Shown here: piece after piece, positions 11,110 to 22,088 of the stretch
How positions within the stretch are numbered: position 1 is the first letter of the stretch
How the letters are laid out: each line of letters opens with the position of its first letter
DNA from: Cirrosporium novae-zelandiae
Taxonomy: Eukaryota
Length of the DNA: 22,534 nt
Direction: 5' to 3'
Assembly: GCA_026023565.1 (NCBI GenBank)
Contig: JAPETS010000055.1
Location: forward strand, 124,001 to 146,534
The notes under the pieces: model-generated
The model's database searches: none
What the model saw: the letters and a program-made list of their open reading frames with translations, nothing else
Told to the model about the DNA's origin: nothing
Program-made: the position numbers and the translations under genes

Positions 11110-14100
11110 ATGCTCTCCTCTCTTTTGCGCACCAGAAGGGGGCGCCGTCAAATTGAACATTCCCCATTCTCTTCGATAAACATTAGAGAGCGCCAAAGAC
11201 TTTTGCCCCATCACAACGACTATAATTCAGGTGATGAAGATGATGAAGATGATGAAGATGATGGGGACTTCGAAGAAGACGACGAAGATGAAGACGAAGA
11301 CAACGAAATAATGGAAGAGGACGAAGAGGAAGAAAGCTTTCATGAGGAAGGTGAAGATGGATATAATGAGAATTCTCCTCTTCTCCCAATCTTCTCGTCA
11401 GCTCAGCTTGGTATGCCATCACTGTCTTAGATCCAAATCCCAAATGTATGAAACCATGCTAACCATTGAATGATACTATAGATTCGCTACCAGTATACAG
11501 TCTCACACATACGATTAGGCTTCTCGTTATATCGCGTTGCGAAACTACATTGTCATGGGATCAATTACGTTCACCACAGGTGTCGCAATTCCTTGTGAAA
11601 CCAATTCAGCAACAAATCCTCTCATCACACTTTTCGAAAGCTACCGTATATGTATTGATGGCCAATTGTCTTCAGTTCTACAAAGAAACCCAGACTAATC
11701 CTGGAAATTCTGGAGTCAGCACTACACGAGCTCTGGTGTGTGAATTAATAGCTATTCGATTGCTTCGGGAATACAGTACAAGAGAATTGATCGACGCGCT
11801 ATCCTACGACTTCGATCCCCTACAAGGCATGGCTGTCCCTAGTACTGGTTCAACTCCACCTACGTATCTAGACAAGAATCAAAAGGTAAAGCCTCGCGTC
11901 GCCAGGATACCATGTTTAGAAATTTCAATCAAAGCCCAGGCCAAAAGATTCTTAGCGCATCCTCTTGTAGTCAAACAGCTGGAGGCTATTTGGGCAGGGA
12001 CAATCGTGTTCCACTCGGCGGCAGACAATTTACATCGAGTTCCCCGAGGGCCTCCCCAGGACCCTCATCACCATGGACATGGTCCAACAATAACAGGCTT
12101 TTCCGACACGCATCCCTCTTCAAGCAGGCAGCATCCTACAAATCAGCGAAACCATGATCTACCATTTCATAATAGCAGGAGATCTGTCACCTTGTATGAT
12201 CCTCGAGACGCCTCGTTATTTAAGCTATCCAGGCTTCGGGTTCCACGCTACCGACACTTTCTGTCAACTTGTTCTTATGCCATTCTCCTGGCCCTATTTG
12301 TTGCCGTCCTATTCGAAAAATCGGAAGAAATCACTACCCTAGAGATGATATTCTGGTTTTGGAGTGCCGGTTTCATGCTTGACGAGATTGTCGGTTTTAA
12401 CGAACAAGGTTTTAGCTTATACATGCTTAGTTTCTGGAACATTTTTGATGTTGGCATCTTAATGCTTTTCATCACCTTCTACTGCCTTCGAATATATGGA
12501 GTGATGACAGATAATTCTGGCATGGATATTGCCTATGACATTCTGGCTGCCAATGCAGTCCTCTTGTTTCCTAGGTTATTCTCCATACTCGACCATTATC
12601 GTTATTTCTCTCAATTGCTGATAGCATTCCGCATGATGGCACAAGATTTAGCCAGAATTATGGTCTTGATTGGGGTCACTTGTAGTGGGTTCTTCGTTGC
12701 ATTTACGTTGTCCTTTGGAGAACGCGATTACGATGCAAGCGGGGTTGCCTATGCTCTCTTCCAGATTCTAATGGGCTTTACGCCTGCTGCTTGGGAGCAA
12801 TGGCCACACTATAACCTTTTGGGGAAAGCCATCATGACAATGTTCTTGATAATCTGTCACTTTGTCGTTGTCACCATTCTAATTACGGTGCTCACCAATT
12901 CATTCATGATGATTGTCCAAAATGCAAATGAAGAACATCAGTTTCTATTCGCTGTCAATACCATTTCGATGGTCAAGTCGGATGCTCTCTTCTCATATGT
13001 TGCCCCTACAAATATCCTCGCTTGGTTCCTCACTCCTCTGCGATATGTGTTGCCGTTCCGCCAATTCATCCGCTTGAATCGGAATGTCATAAAGGTTACT
13101 CATTTCCCAATTCTCTTTGGTATTTATCTTTATGAAATAACGATTTTACGAATGTCTTCGTATGAAGCTTCCGATTTAGTCGGTTCTCGCGGTAGAAGCT
13201 CTGTGAAGCCCCAGAACCAGGGTCATAATTTAGGTCAACCTCATCACGGCCTAAGTTTATTTAGTCCACAGCCACATCGCCTCCGTGAACCATCAATTGC
13301 TACCTATCACAAAGATCGAGCTCTTGAGGAGGTCTTTAAACGTCCAATGAAGGGACCCCTCCATGACACCCAGCAGAGTAAAGAACGACGCCAAAATAGT
13401 ACGGTCGTTAATTGGATACAAGGAATGGGGCCAGCTGGAGTTGCCAGTCCTCCTATCGAACAAGATAGAGCCGTAGTCGATCAACTAGAATCCGGGAGGC
13501 CACTTCCTGGCAGAACAGCTCTTCTCCGGAGAAGGAGGCTTACAGATTTGGCTACGGAAGCGACGAGATCAATTGCCTCTGATCCAGAAGACTTTTTAAC
13601 GAGAAATAGTCGCAGGCCCTTTCACATACGACAAGATAGTGACATGTTCACCACCAACGTAGAAAAAGCACAGCAGCAGCCGGATGAAGAGGCGGATGAT
13701 GCTGGTGATGAGCTAGTGACTAATGATGAAGAGGAAGAAGTTCAAGAATATCTGACCAGTGATCAGGAAGAATCGGAAGTCGGAAAGACTGAAGACTATT
13801 TTGGTGACACTCCAATTGCGAACAACTATCTCGCTCGTCCCGCCTCCCCATCTCAATCGATAGTACCGCCGCTACAAACACGAAATCAGTCTTCCGCCCC
13901 GCCTGTCGCCTTAAATCCCCGCCCACACGCCCACAACCGCAATTACTCTACCAATACGATTCTTTTCAACCCGCAACGCCATTCATATTCGCCTAAGAGC
14001 AAAGGCTCCTCGCCTACAAGCCCTCCACTTATAACGGCCATGTCATCTACGCGGGCTTCGACCAAAAAATCAAAATCAGGTGCTGCTACGCCGATCCAAG

Positions 14101-14756
14101 TTCCGCTTACGATGAATATCGAAACTGGGCGTCGCACACCTAGGCGCCCTGGGACTGCTTCTGCTTCTCGACCACATACGCGTGCCAGGTCAGAGTTTCA
14201 ATCTGCGCCCAATCTTGCAGGGTTGCTGGATAGACGGAATCGCGACAGAGTAGCTTCTGGATTTATGGATCTAGCATCAGACATTGGTGACAATAAAGCC
14301 GTTGGAGGGGCATACATGGGTGCTGTTCCATCGAGTTTCCAGACACAAATGGCGTTCTTGGATCGACAGATGCGTTCGGGTATTAGGAATCAAGATCTTA
14401 GATTTGATGATCAAGAAGAGAGGAGCGTGAGCAACTCCAATGGAGATCACTCAATGATGATGGCCCGACTTATGCTTGCTCGAATGAAGACATTAGAGGA
14501 AGGTTTCAAGGTGGTTCTGGACGAAGTTAGAGAGATGAGAAGAGATGAAAGTAGGAGTACCAAGAGTGCTGGTACTAGTGGAATGGAAAAAGGAGAAAAA
14601 GAGAATAAAAGTCCCAGGAAGGGTCGAAGTGTCATATCGAAAGGAAAAGAGCCCAGAAAGGAGCGTTCAAATACGAAAAAGCAAAGGGGTAGCAGTGTTC
14701 CTCAGACTTCGTATGATGAAATGGAGGGCATTGATACTCAAGATTGGGAAAAGTAA
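11110..14756 (+). CDS. YVC1/TRP-like non-selective cation channel (ion-transport domain), with an acidic N-terminus and a long low-complexity C-terminal tail
   Basis: Exons 11110-11410 and 11482-14756 join to 3576 nt = 1191 aa + stop, junction PIFSSAQL-D-SLPVY. N-terminal segments ETTLSWDQLRSPQVSQFLVKPI and AKRFLAHPLVVKQLEAIWAG, plus SRLRVPRY before the membrane region, resemble fungal YVC1-family proteins. There are about six hydrophobic helices, a pore-like segment (LFQILMGFTPAAW), an S6-like VTILITVLTNSF and a C-terminal coiled-coil-like segment. The family call is from recalled motifs, not a search. Confidence 0.85.
11411..11481 (+). other. Spliceosomal intron of the YVC1/TRP-like gene (71 nt)
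   Basis: Donor G|GTATGC, branch GCTAAC (11458-11463), acceptor TATAG. Joins the 106-aa and 1096-aa ORFs in frame. Confidence 0.9.
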
Positions 14757-15876
14757 CAAAATCAGGCTCGGGAGATTATGTTTTCGGTCATTCTTCGGTG
14801 CGGAGGGCCCGTTGTAATTGCCTTTACTCGCTTGCTGGCTTGTCCTGTTCTTTATAATCATGGGGTTTTTCATCTGTACACTGTATTATTGCGTGGATGG
14901 CTTCTTCTTTCGTGATACACACGGACCCATGTGAGGGGAGCATTGACTGACATCATAATAATTTTGGGGTGTGCATGGTGGTGGCTTTGAGCATCCAAGT
15001 ATGTGCTTTTGTCGTATAGCTATTATACCCAGCCGATGAGCAACATAAAACGGTTAGTCCGGTCTAATAGATATTAATGTTTTCAGATCAAAGAGTTGAG
15101 CCTACTACTATTGCTATTACCAAATTCCTGCCCGTTAGATACTCTATTTGCTCAAGGGTTTTTGAAGACAGGCCCGAACGAAAGATGAATGGCGTGGCAG
15201 AAAAGAATCAAGGAAACCAAACCTTCCCTGGAGATTAAGATCCAGAATGCAGGTTGAGGGGAAATATGTAGGTGCTTAGATTTTCCTTGGATATCTTTGT
15301 ATCCTATTTTTGCTTGTGGTAATTCGAGATGGGATTGACTGATGGGAAGAAATACTAAAGTGGATACAACAAGAAACGGGAATATACGGAGACATGATGA
15401 TATCCGACTTGATGATAACAGCTGGTGGCGGAATAATAGCGTTGAAAATTTGAAGCCCGGGAACATGGACACTTTTGACCCAGACTGCAGACAACTTGTT
15501 GATCTTATACATTTTTACAGTGATGCGAGCCGGACCAAAGAACATGTTTGGCGAAAAGCATAATCAATTGGAAGCTTGAAACCAGTGGACGTTCAAATAG
15601 AAGAGAGATCTGCATTAACTATCGATTTTGAATACAACCACATTTCTATATATAGGAAGCTGGGGAGGTCTCCACTGTGAATTTGGTGTTTTGTTGTTGC
15701 AACCAGGGCTGAGAGAAGGTAGATAGGACATGGAGTTGACCGCATCATTTCTTAGTAGTCCAAGTAGTTCGGACGAGAACTTGTTTTTTTAATTACATCA
15801 AGAACAATCAGGCTAGGAAAATAACTTCACGTGAATGGAGTTATTTACTAAAGTAGATAGCAGTAGATACTCGAGT

Positions 15877-15906
15877 ACAAGTTAGATGGACAAGTTAGAT
15901 GGACAA
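15877..15906. repeat. 13-bp tandem duplication (ACAAGTTAGATGG x2 + partial)
   Basis: Read directly from the sequence. Confidence 0.9.
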
Positions 15907-17305
15907 TGTCGTCAGAGCCTCCCAGTTATGTTTCATGCATCATGACATGGGCAGCTAGCCCTCGGTAGTAGCCACGGTAGCGTAATTTTAAACCTCAGAC
16001 CGCCGGCAAGTCGCACAAACCAAAATGGGGCTGGACACCAGCCACATCTAAAGGTTGAAAGGTCGAAAGGGTCAACCAATTGTGGTGGCATGACATGAAT
16101 GTGTTGGCAGGTGCCAAAGGGCAGGGGAAGTAAAATAGACAAATGCAGAACTATGATGAAATGATAAAATGGTAATGGTAATACTGTACAAAGTAGGTAC
16201 GTCGAGGTAGGGTCCAGTTGCTAGGCTATGCTTAATTCCTTGGATTATTGTTTAATTCCCTGATTAATTATTATGATACTGACCCTGGTACATTTAAAAA
16301 AAAAAAAGGAGAGAAAATAAACATGATGGAAAATTAGAAACTGGAACATTTGACATTTGATAATGAAGGTAGGTGTACTTTTGACGGGTACAGTACTTTG
16401 TAGAACATGAAAGCGGCCAGCCCCAACAGTGGAACGAGAACAGTGATGCTGGGGAGACCCTCCAGGACAGGACAAAAATTAATTGCAAATAATTATATAA
16501 AAATTAATTTTGTTTGAAGGCCTCCCTAAGGTCACGTCCTGTTTATTTTTTAGGTCTGGTCTAGAGTATATGGCTTGGCCTTCATCACCTCTGTGTGTGT
16601 GTGCGCGTGTGTGTTATTGTACTGTATGTTCGGGTAATTACAAGGAGTCAGATAGACTTGTTTGACTGGTCACCAATCACACAAACTTCGACTTCCATCT
16701 TTGTGGCTGAAATTCATTCAATCTTGCCAGCTGAGACAGACCGGTCATCGAAAACTTGTTTCTGCTGTGGGCCTATCCTGGTTCACTCCGACCACAGAAA
16801 GGGAAGAGTAACTTTTCCATCAAAATTCACCAGCCATTGCATGAGCGCCTACAAAGTAGAGACGAAGGAGATGGATATATTAATTCTGTAGATATCTCTT
16901 CAAACGCAATCCTCACTATCCTCACTATGAGGAAAGAGATCTAATAACCTATCATCATTGTCATCATCATTGGTAAATTGCCGACCCAAAAGTCGATTAA
17001 CCTTGCCAGTGTTGTCGATCTCAGTGATCTTGAAAGCTCTTTTTAGTATTATTTAGCGAGCATTGATTGGCGTCACAGATCGAGAAAGCGAGAAAGCAAG
17101 AAAGCACCAAACAAACAAACTTCCAGTCCGCTCCTTTTGTGCTTCCAAGACCTTGAGGGGTCACAAAAGCTAAGAGGAGGGCTATAGAGCTTCATCTTAT
17201 TGACATTTGATCCTCTTTTCTTTATTATCCTCTCAATTCCACCTTCACACTGGCCTGCAACTTGACCTTGAATTAATCGTCTTCTTGAGGAGGACATTAT
17301 TCAAG

Positions 17306-20300
17306 ATGACCAACGTAAGCTTCAATTGTTTTTTTGCCCTGCATTGATATACTAATTTCACATTCCATAGGTTGAGAGCAGTGATGACAATGTCGGCTCG
17401 TCCCTAAATACATCCAGTTCGCTTTCATCCTTCCTATCTACCCTTGTACCGGTCGCTCTCCAAGCTGGTGCTTTTGTGCTTTTGTTCTTGTTACTCCGAG
17501 GTGGATATAAAAGAATATATGCCCCGAGAACTTACCTAGGCACCGTTCCTGAGAAGTGAGTCTTTATTTACATTTAATCCGAAAAAAAAAATATGACAAG
17601 GCTCCCACATACCAGGTTACACCAACACTGTGTGAATGCTTCATCGCTAACCGGTTCGCCTTTGATAGAGAACGTTCTCCTCTCCTCCCCAAGGGTTTCA
17701 TTAACTGGATCACTCACTTCTGGTCTGTTCCTGATACATTCATCTTAAACCACCAATCCCTCGATGGCTACCTCTTTATCCGATTCCTCAAGATCATTGT
17801 GGTTATCTGTTTCGTAGGATGTTGCATCACTTGGCCTATCTTATTTCCCATCAATGCAACTGGAAATGCTGGACAGACTCAATTGGATGTTCTAAGCTTC
17901 AGCAATATAGACAAGTCAACACAGAAGAATCGCTATTACGCACATGTATTCGTTGCCTGGACTTTCATGAGTATGTATCCATAACACAGACTTTTTGCTT
18001 GCCCAAAAAGCTGGGAATTGAGCATCTGTTCAATTGTCTCGCCAGCTCGGCTTCGACCTACTTTGATAATTGACTAACATTTCATCCAGGCTTTGTCATG
18101 TTCATGATCACACGTGAGAGTTTATTCTACATTAATCTGCGCCAGGCATATCTTCTCTCTCCTCTCTATGCCTCCCGCCTTTCATCTCGAACCGTCCTCT
18201 TCACCAGCGTGCCAGACGAGTACATGAACGAAGCAAAGATCCGTGGCATGTTTGGTTCCCAACTGAAAAATGTCTGGTTCTCATCCAATGTCGAGGATTT
18301 GGAAGAAAAGGTCAAGGAACGAGATAAGATTGCCATGCAACTTGAGGGCGCCGAAACAAAACTCATCAAGCTTTCCAACGATGCTCGGTTGAAGATGATC
18401 AAGAAGGGTACCGAACATCCTGGAGAAGTTGACGCTAGGGAGCTTGATGGCGAGTCTGGGTCTATGGCAGCAAAATGGGTTCCAACAAAGAAGCGTCCTA
18501 CTCATAAACTCAAGCCAATAATCGGAAAGAAGGTTGATACAATCAATTGGTCACGCGCTGAACTTGACCGTCTTATTCCCGAAATCGATGCACTCCAGAA
18601 CAAGTATCGCGCCGGTGACGCCAAATATACTCACGCTTTCTTTGTCGAGTTCTATGCTCAATCCGAAGCACAAGCCGCGTACCAGATGGTCGCTCATCAC
18701 CAACCCCTACACATGTCTCCACGATATATCGGTCTCAACCCAAATGAAATTATCTGGTCAAATCTCCGCATCACGTGGTGGGAGCGTGTTATGCGTAACA
18801 TTGGAACGATGGCTTTCATTTGTGCCCTCATAGTTTTCTGGTCGATTCCAATTGGCTTTGCCGGTATTGTGTCGAACATCAACTACATCGTCGAGAAGCT
18901 GCCCTGGCTCAGCTTTATTAATGATATTCCAAGTGCTATTCTTGGTGTTGTCACCGGTCTACTTCCTTCTATTATGGTTGCTGTTGTCATGGCTTTGTTA
19001 CCCATCATCCTTCGATGTAAGTTGGGCGTCCTAGATGCATTCAGCAATACGTGTGCTAACAACTTCATAGTGATGGCTAGGATCAGTGGCGTGCCAGCCC
19101 TATCTTGGGTCGAATTGCGTGTGCAAGAATATTACTTTGCCTTTCAGGTTGTCCAGGTTTTCCTTGTCACCACACTGACCAGTGCTGCTACGGCTGCGAT
19201 AGTCCAAATCATTAATGACCCTAGCTCGGTTACAACTCTCCTAGCTAGCAGCCTGCCAAAAGCATCAAATTTTTATATTTCTTACTTCATTCTTCAGGGT
19301 CAGTATTCTTTTAAGCTTACGATATGTTCAATCCTAACCATTGAAACTAGGGATGTCCATGAGTTCTGGTGCAATCTTGAATATTGTCGGCTTTGCGCTG
19401 TTTATCGTCCTCGGAAAGCTTCTTGATTCGACCCCTCGGAAAATGTATCAGCGATGGGCAAACTTGTCTGGCCTCGGATGGGGTACCGTATATCCCGTTT
19501 GGACCAATCTATGTGTGATCGGTACGTCCCATTTGTACAGCATTAATGCCTGATGACGAAAGTTATTTTATTTGGATTATGCTAATAAGATTTAGCCATC
19601 ACGTATGCTGCTATTGCTCCCCTAGTCCTAGGATTTGCAACATTGGGCCTATTTTTCGTATATTTCGCCTATCGTTATAATCTCCTCTTTGTCGCCAGTG
19701 TAAACATCGATACGAAAGGTGTTGCATACGCTAGAGCCCTTCAACAGACCTTAACCGGCTGCTACCTCTCCATGGTATGCTTAATTGGACTTTTCGGTAT
19801 CGCTGGAGCTGTCGGCCCAATAATCTTGATGGTTATCTATCTGTAAGTCATCCCGCCGTTTTTTAAATTTTATATTCTTCGGCATCCCCACAATTTCAAT
19901 AATTGTATCTAATACCTTGGCAGTATCTTCTTTGCTCTTTTCCATGTCTCCCTCAACGGTGCTCTTGGCCCCCTCCTCTTCTATCTCCCTAAATCTCTCG
20001 AGGCAGAGGAAGAGGCCCTCCTGGCCTCGGGTGAGATGGAAGAAGGTCTTCTCGGGGAACCCCAGGAGACCAATGGCAAAACATCCACCACAACGGATGG
20101 CGTCCAGCGTACTTCTAGCGATGACCGAACGATGGTTGCGAAGACGGAGACTCCTGTCAAGAAGCCGAACATGTTCCAGAAATGGCTGCGGCCGGATGTC
20201 TATACTGACTATAAGACTTTGAGGAAACTTGTCCCTAGGAACTTTTATGACATTTCATATGCGCCTGAGGTGGAAAGGGATGCATACTATCATCCGAGTA

Positions 20301-20494
20301 TTACGAGTCCAACACCACTTCTCTGGATTCCTCGCGACGAAGGTGGTGTGTCTACCCAAGAAGTCAGACATACTAGCAAGGTCATTCCGATTACAGATGA
20401 AGGTGCATTCTTCAATGAAAAGGGAAAAATTGTATGGGACGAGGAAGGCCTTGAGGGCAGACCACCCATTTATGAGGAAAAGATCTACTATTGA
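17306..20494 (+). CDS. CSC1/OSCA/TMEM63 family (RSN1/PHM7-like, DUF221) calcium-permeable stress-gated cation channel
   Basis: Eight exons: 17306-17314, 17371-17555, 17669-17970, 18090-19016, 19071-19298, 19351-19521, 19596-19842, 19924-20494. Total 2640 nt = 879 aa + stop, with all intron phases consistent. Family motifs: RIYAPRTYL, SLDGYLFIRFLK, PILFPINATG, SSRTVLFTSVP, GKKVDTINW, PNEIIWSNL, LPKASNFYISYFILQG, YRYNLLFV, DTKGVAYARALQQ, AYYHPS, PLLWIPRDEGGVS, ITDEGA. Confidence 0.93.
17315..17370 (+). other. CSC1-like gene intron 1 (56 nt)
   Basis: GTAAGC...ACTAAT...CATAG. Follows a 9-nt coding first exon (ATG ACC AAC) in good context (CAAGATG). Confidence 0.8.
17556..17668 (+). other. CSC1-like gene intron 2 (113 nt)
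   Basis: GTGAGT...GCTAAC...GATAG. Junction gives TVPE-K-ERSPLLP. Confidence 0.88.
17971..18089 (+). other. CSC1-like gene intron 3 (119 nt)
   Basis: GTATGT...ACTAAC...TCCAG. Junction gives AWTFM-S-FVMFMITRE. Confidence 0.9.
19017..19070 (+). other. CSC1-like gene intron 4 (54 nt, in-frame, no stop codon)
   Basis: GTAAGT...GCTAAC...CATAG. Junction gives LPIILR-L-MARISG. Confidence 0.85.
19299..19350 (+). other. CSC1-like gene intron 5 (52 nt)
   Basis: GTCAGT...CCTAAC...ACTAG. Junction gives YFILQ-G-MSMSSG. Confidence 0.88.
19522..19595 (+). other. CSC1-like gene intron 6 (74 nt)
   Basis: GTACGT...GCTAAT...TTTAG. Junction gives NLCVI-A-ITYAAIAPL. Confidence 0.9.
19843..19923 (+). other. CSC1-like gene intron 7 (81 nt)
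   Basis: GTAAGT...TCTAAT...GGCAG. Junction gives ILMVIY-L-IFFALFH. Confidence 0.9.
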
Positions 20495-21156
20495 TCTAGC
20501 AAGACATAGTGTGCGACAACTTTAAGAGCCAAAACCCCCTAATAATTATTTTGTGCGCCGGTGGTTATGCTTTCTGGAGTGCTCAATTTGGGGATGAACA
20601 AAGAAGGAAATAAAAAAATTGCCAAGAACAGTCAAGTTTGAACGGAATGGATCGGTGGATTGAATGGATTGTTAGATACCCTTTCTTTTGTGTGGATTTG
20701 ATTGATTGGTTAATTGATGCTAAATGCCTTTTGCGATGGCGACAAGAAACCAGGATGGATTACGAATAATGGGGGTTCAGAATAATGTTTCTGGCTTGTT
20801 CTCGAGGACAAGGGCAGGACTCCTTGGCCTCCAAAGTCTTGATATTATTTTCCTCCGTGACTTTTTTACTTCGTTTGGGTCTCTCCCCGTTAATAATTAT
20901 GAATTCTTTTTTTTAATGCTGGAATGGCATGTTACATGTAATGTGTCTACCGAAAGAGAGAAGACAGATGTTCAGTTAACAATGATGATGGATGCATTGA
21001 TCCAATCTCTTCCTACTTTCCTAATCAGCCACATCCACAAATCCACCGTGCCCACAAGGTTACAGCGCACTCTCCAGATTAGAATTACATGTAGATAGGT
21101 AATTTCTTTTCTGGGGGTTTAGGGGGGGTTCGGGTAGGCCTTCAACCTCCAGCCCG

Positions 21157-22084
21157 CACTATCCTCACTATCCTCACTATTCCCCATCTCACTATTTACA
21201 TTTCTATCCCTTCATTCCATCTTCTCTCGGAGGAGGAGGAGGAAGGGAAGAGGAGGGTATATATATATATATATCATGCGTAACTAGGATGGATCATGTT
21301 GTTTGTTTGTTGTTTGTCTGTTGTTGTTGTTGTTGGTGAGGTAGGGAATGGAAATGGAAAGGTGGAAAGGTAGAAATAGGGAGGGGTGAAAGCGAGAGTG
21401 AGAGTATGAATTTGAATTTGAAATAGTACAGCTTCCCCCTCTCTCACCCTCTCCGTCTTCCCCCCTTAAGACGATATAGACATTCCATATCCTTGAATAG
21501 AGAATGAAAGAAAGATAAGATAAGATAAAATAAGAGCCAATACCCAACCAACACCTAACTCTCAAACTCTCAAACTCTCAACACGGAGAATTCTTTTTTT
21601 GCTCTTTGTATCTTTTTGCATCTTTTGCAGCGCTGATATTCATTCTATCCATTCTATCCATTCTATCCTTGGGATGGACGGACTGGTATAGCTTAGATCA
21701 GATCAGGTTAGGTTAGAATCTCTAGGTACCTTTGTTGCGACAAAAAGAAATGAAAAGAAATGAAAAAAAAAAATAAGAGGCTAGCTAGGGAAGAGAGAAA
21801 TATATATGAATTAGATAGTATAGGAAAAAAAATTTTGCTTTTTTTGTTTCAGTTGGTCTAAAGGAGGTATGGTATGGAATCTACCTACTTAATTACTTAG
21901 GGTCTACTTTACTTTATTTAGGGGATTAGGGATGGGGTCTGTGAGCTTGGTGGTAATGGTAATGGTATTGAGAATCAGAATCAGAATGAGAATGAGAATG
22001 AGAAATAGGATAGTGTTAAGTTGGTTGGTTTGTTTGGTTTCTGATATCGTGATTGTGGTAGGTAAGGTAAAGTAAGGTAGGTAG
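21157..22084. repeat. Microsatellite-dense low-complexity region
   Basis: (TA)n 21258-21274; TTG/TTTG run ~21297-21334; (AACTCTCA)x3 21557-21580; (CATTCTATC)x3 21641-21667; (AGAATS)x5 21971-22000; also AATGGT, GATAA and GGTAA/GGTA runs. Confidence 0.9.
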
Positions 22085-22088
22085 GAGG

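Noticed and set aside
15152..15563. Three overlapping ORFs (73-106 aa) between the two channel genes
   Set aside because: No recognisable motifs and no convincing splice signals to extend them. Treated as intergenic.
15394..16263. ATGATGA box C-like motifs (about 15394 and 16153) as C/D snoRNAs
   Set aside because: No suitably placed D box with a terminal stem, and no recognisable rRNA-complementary guide.
16728..16790. CTGAGA...AACTTG resembling a TPP riboswitch
   Set aside because: The downstream conserved TGAT...TAATAC...GCG core is absent, and there is no thiamine-related gene or intron context.
17556..17668. Internal CCAG|GTTACA in intron 2 as a recursive or twin intron
   Set aside because: The regenerated donor GTTACA is poor and there is no good internal branch site. 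A single intron explains the frame.
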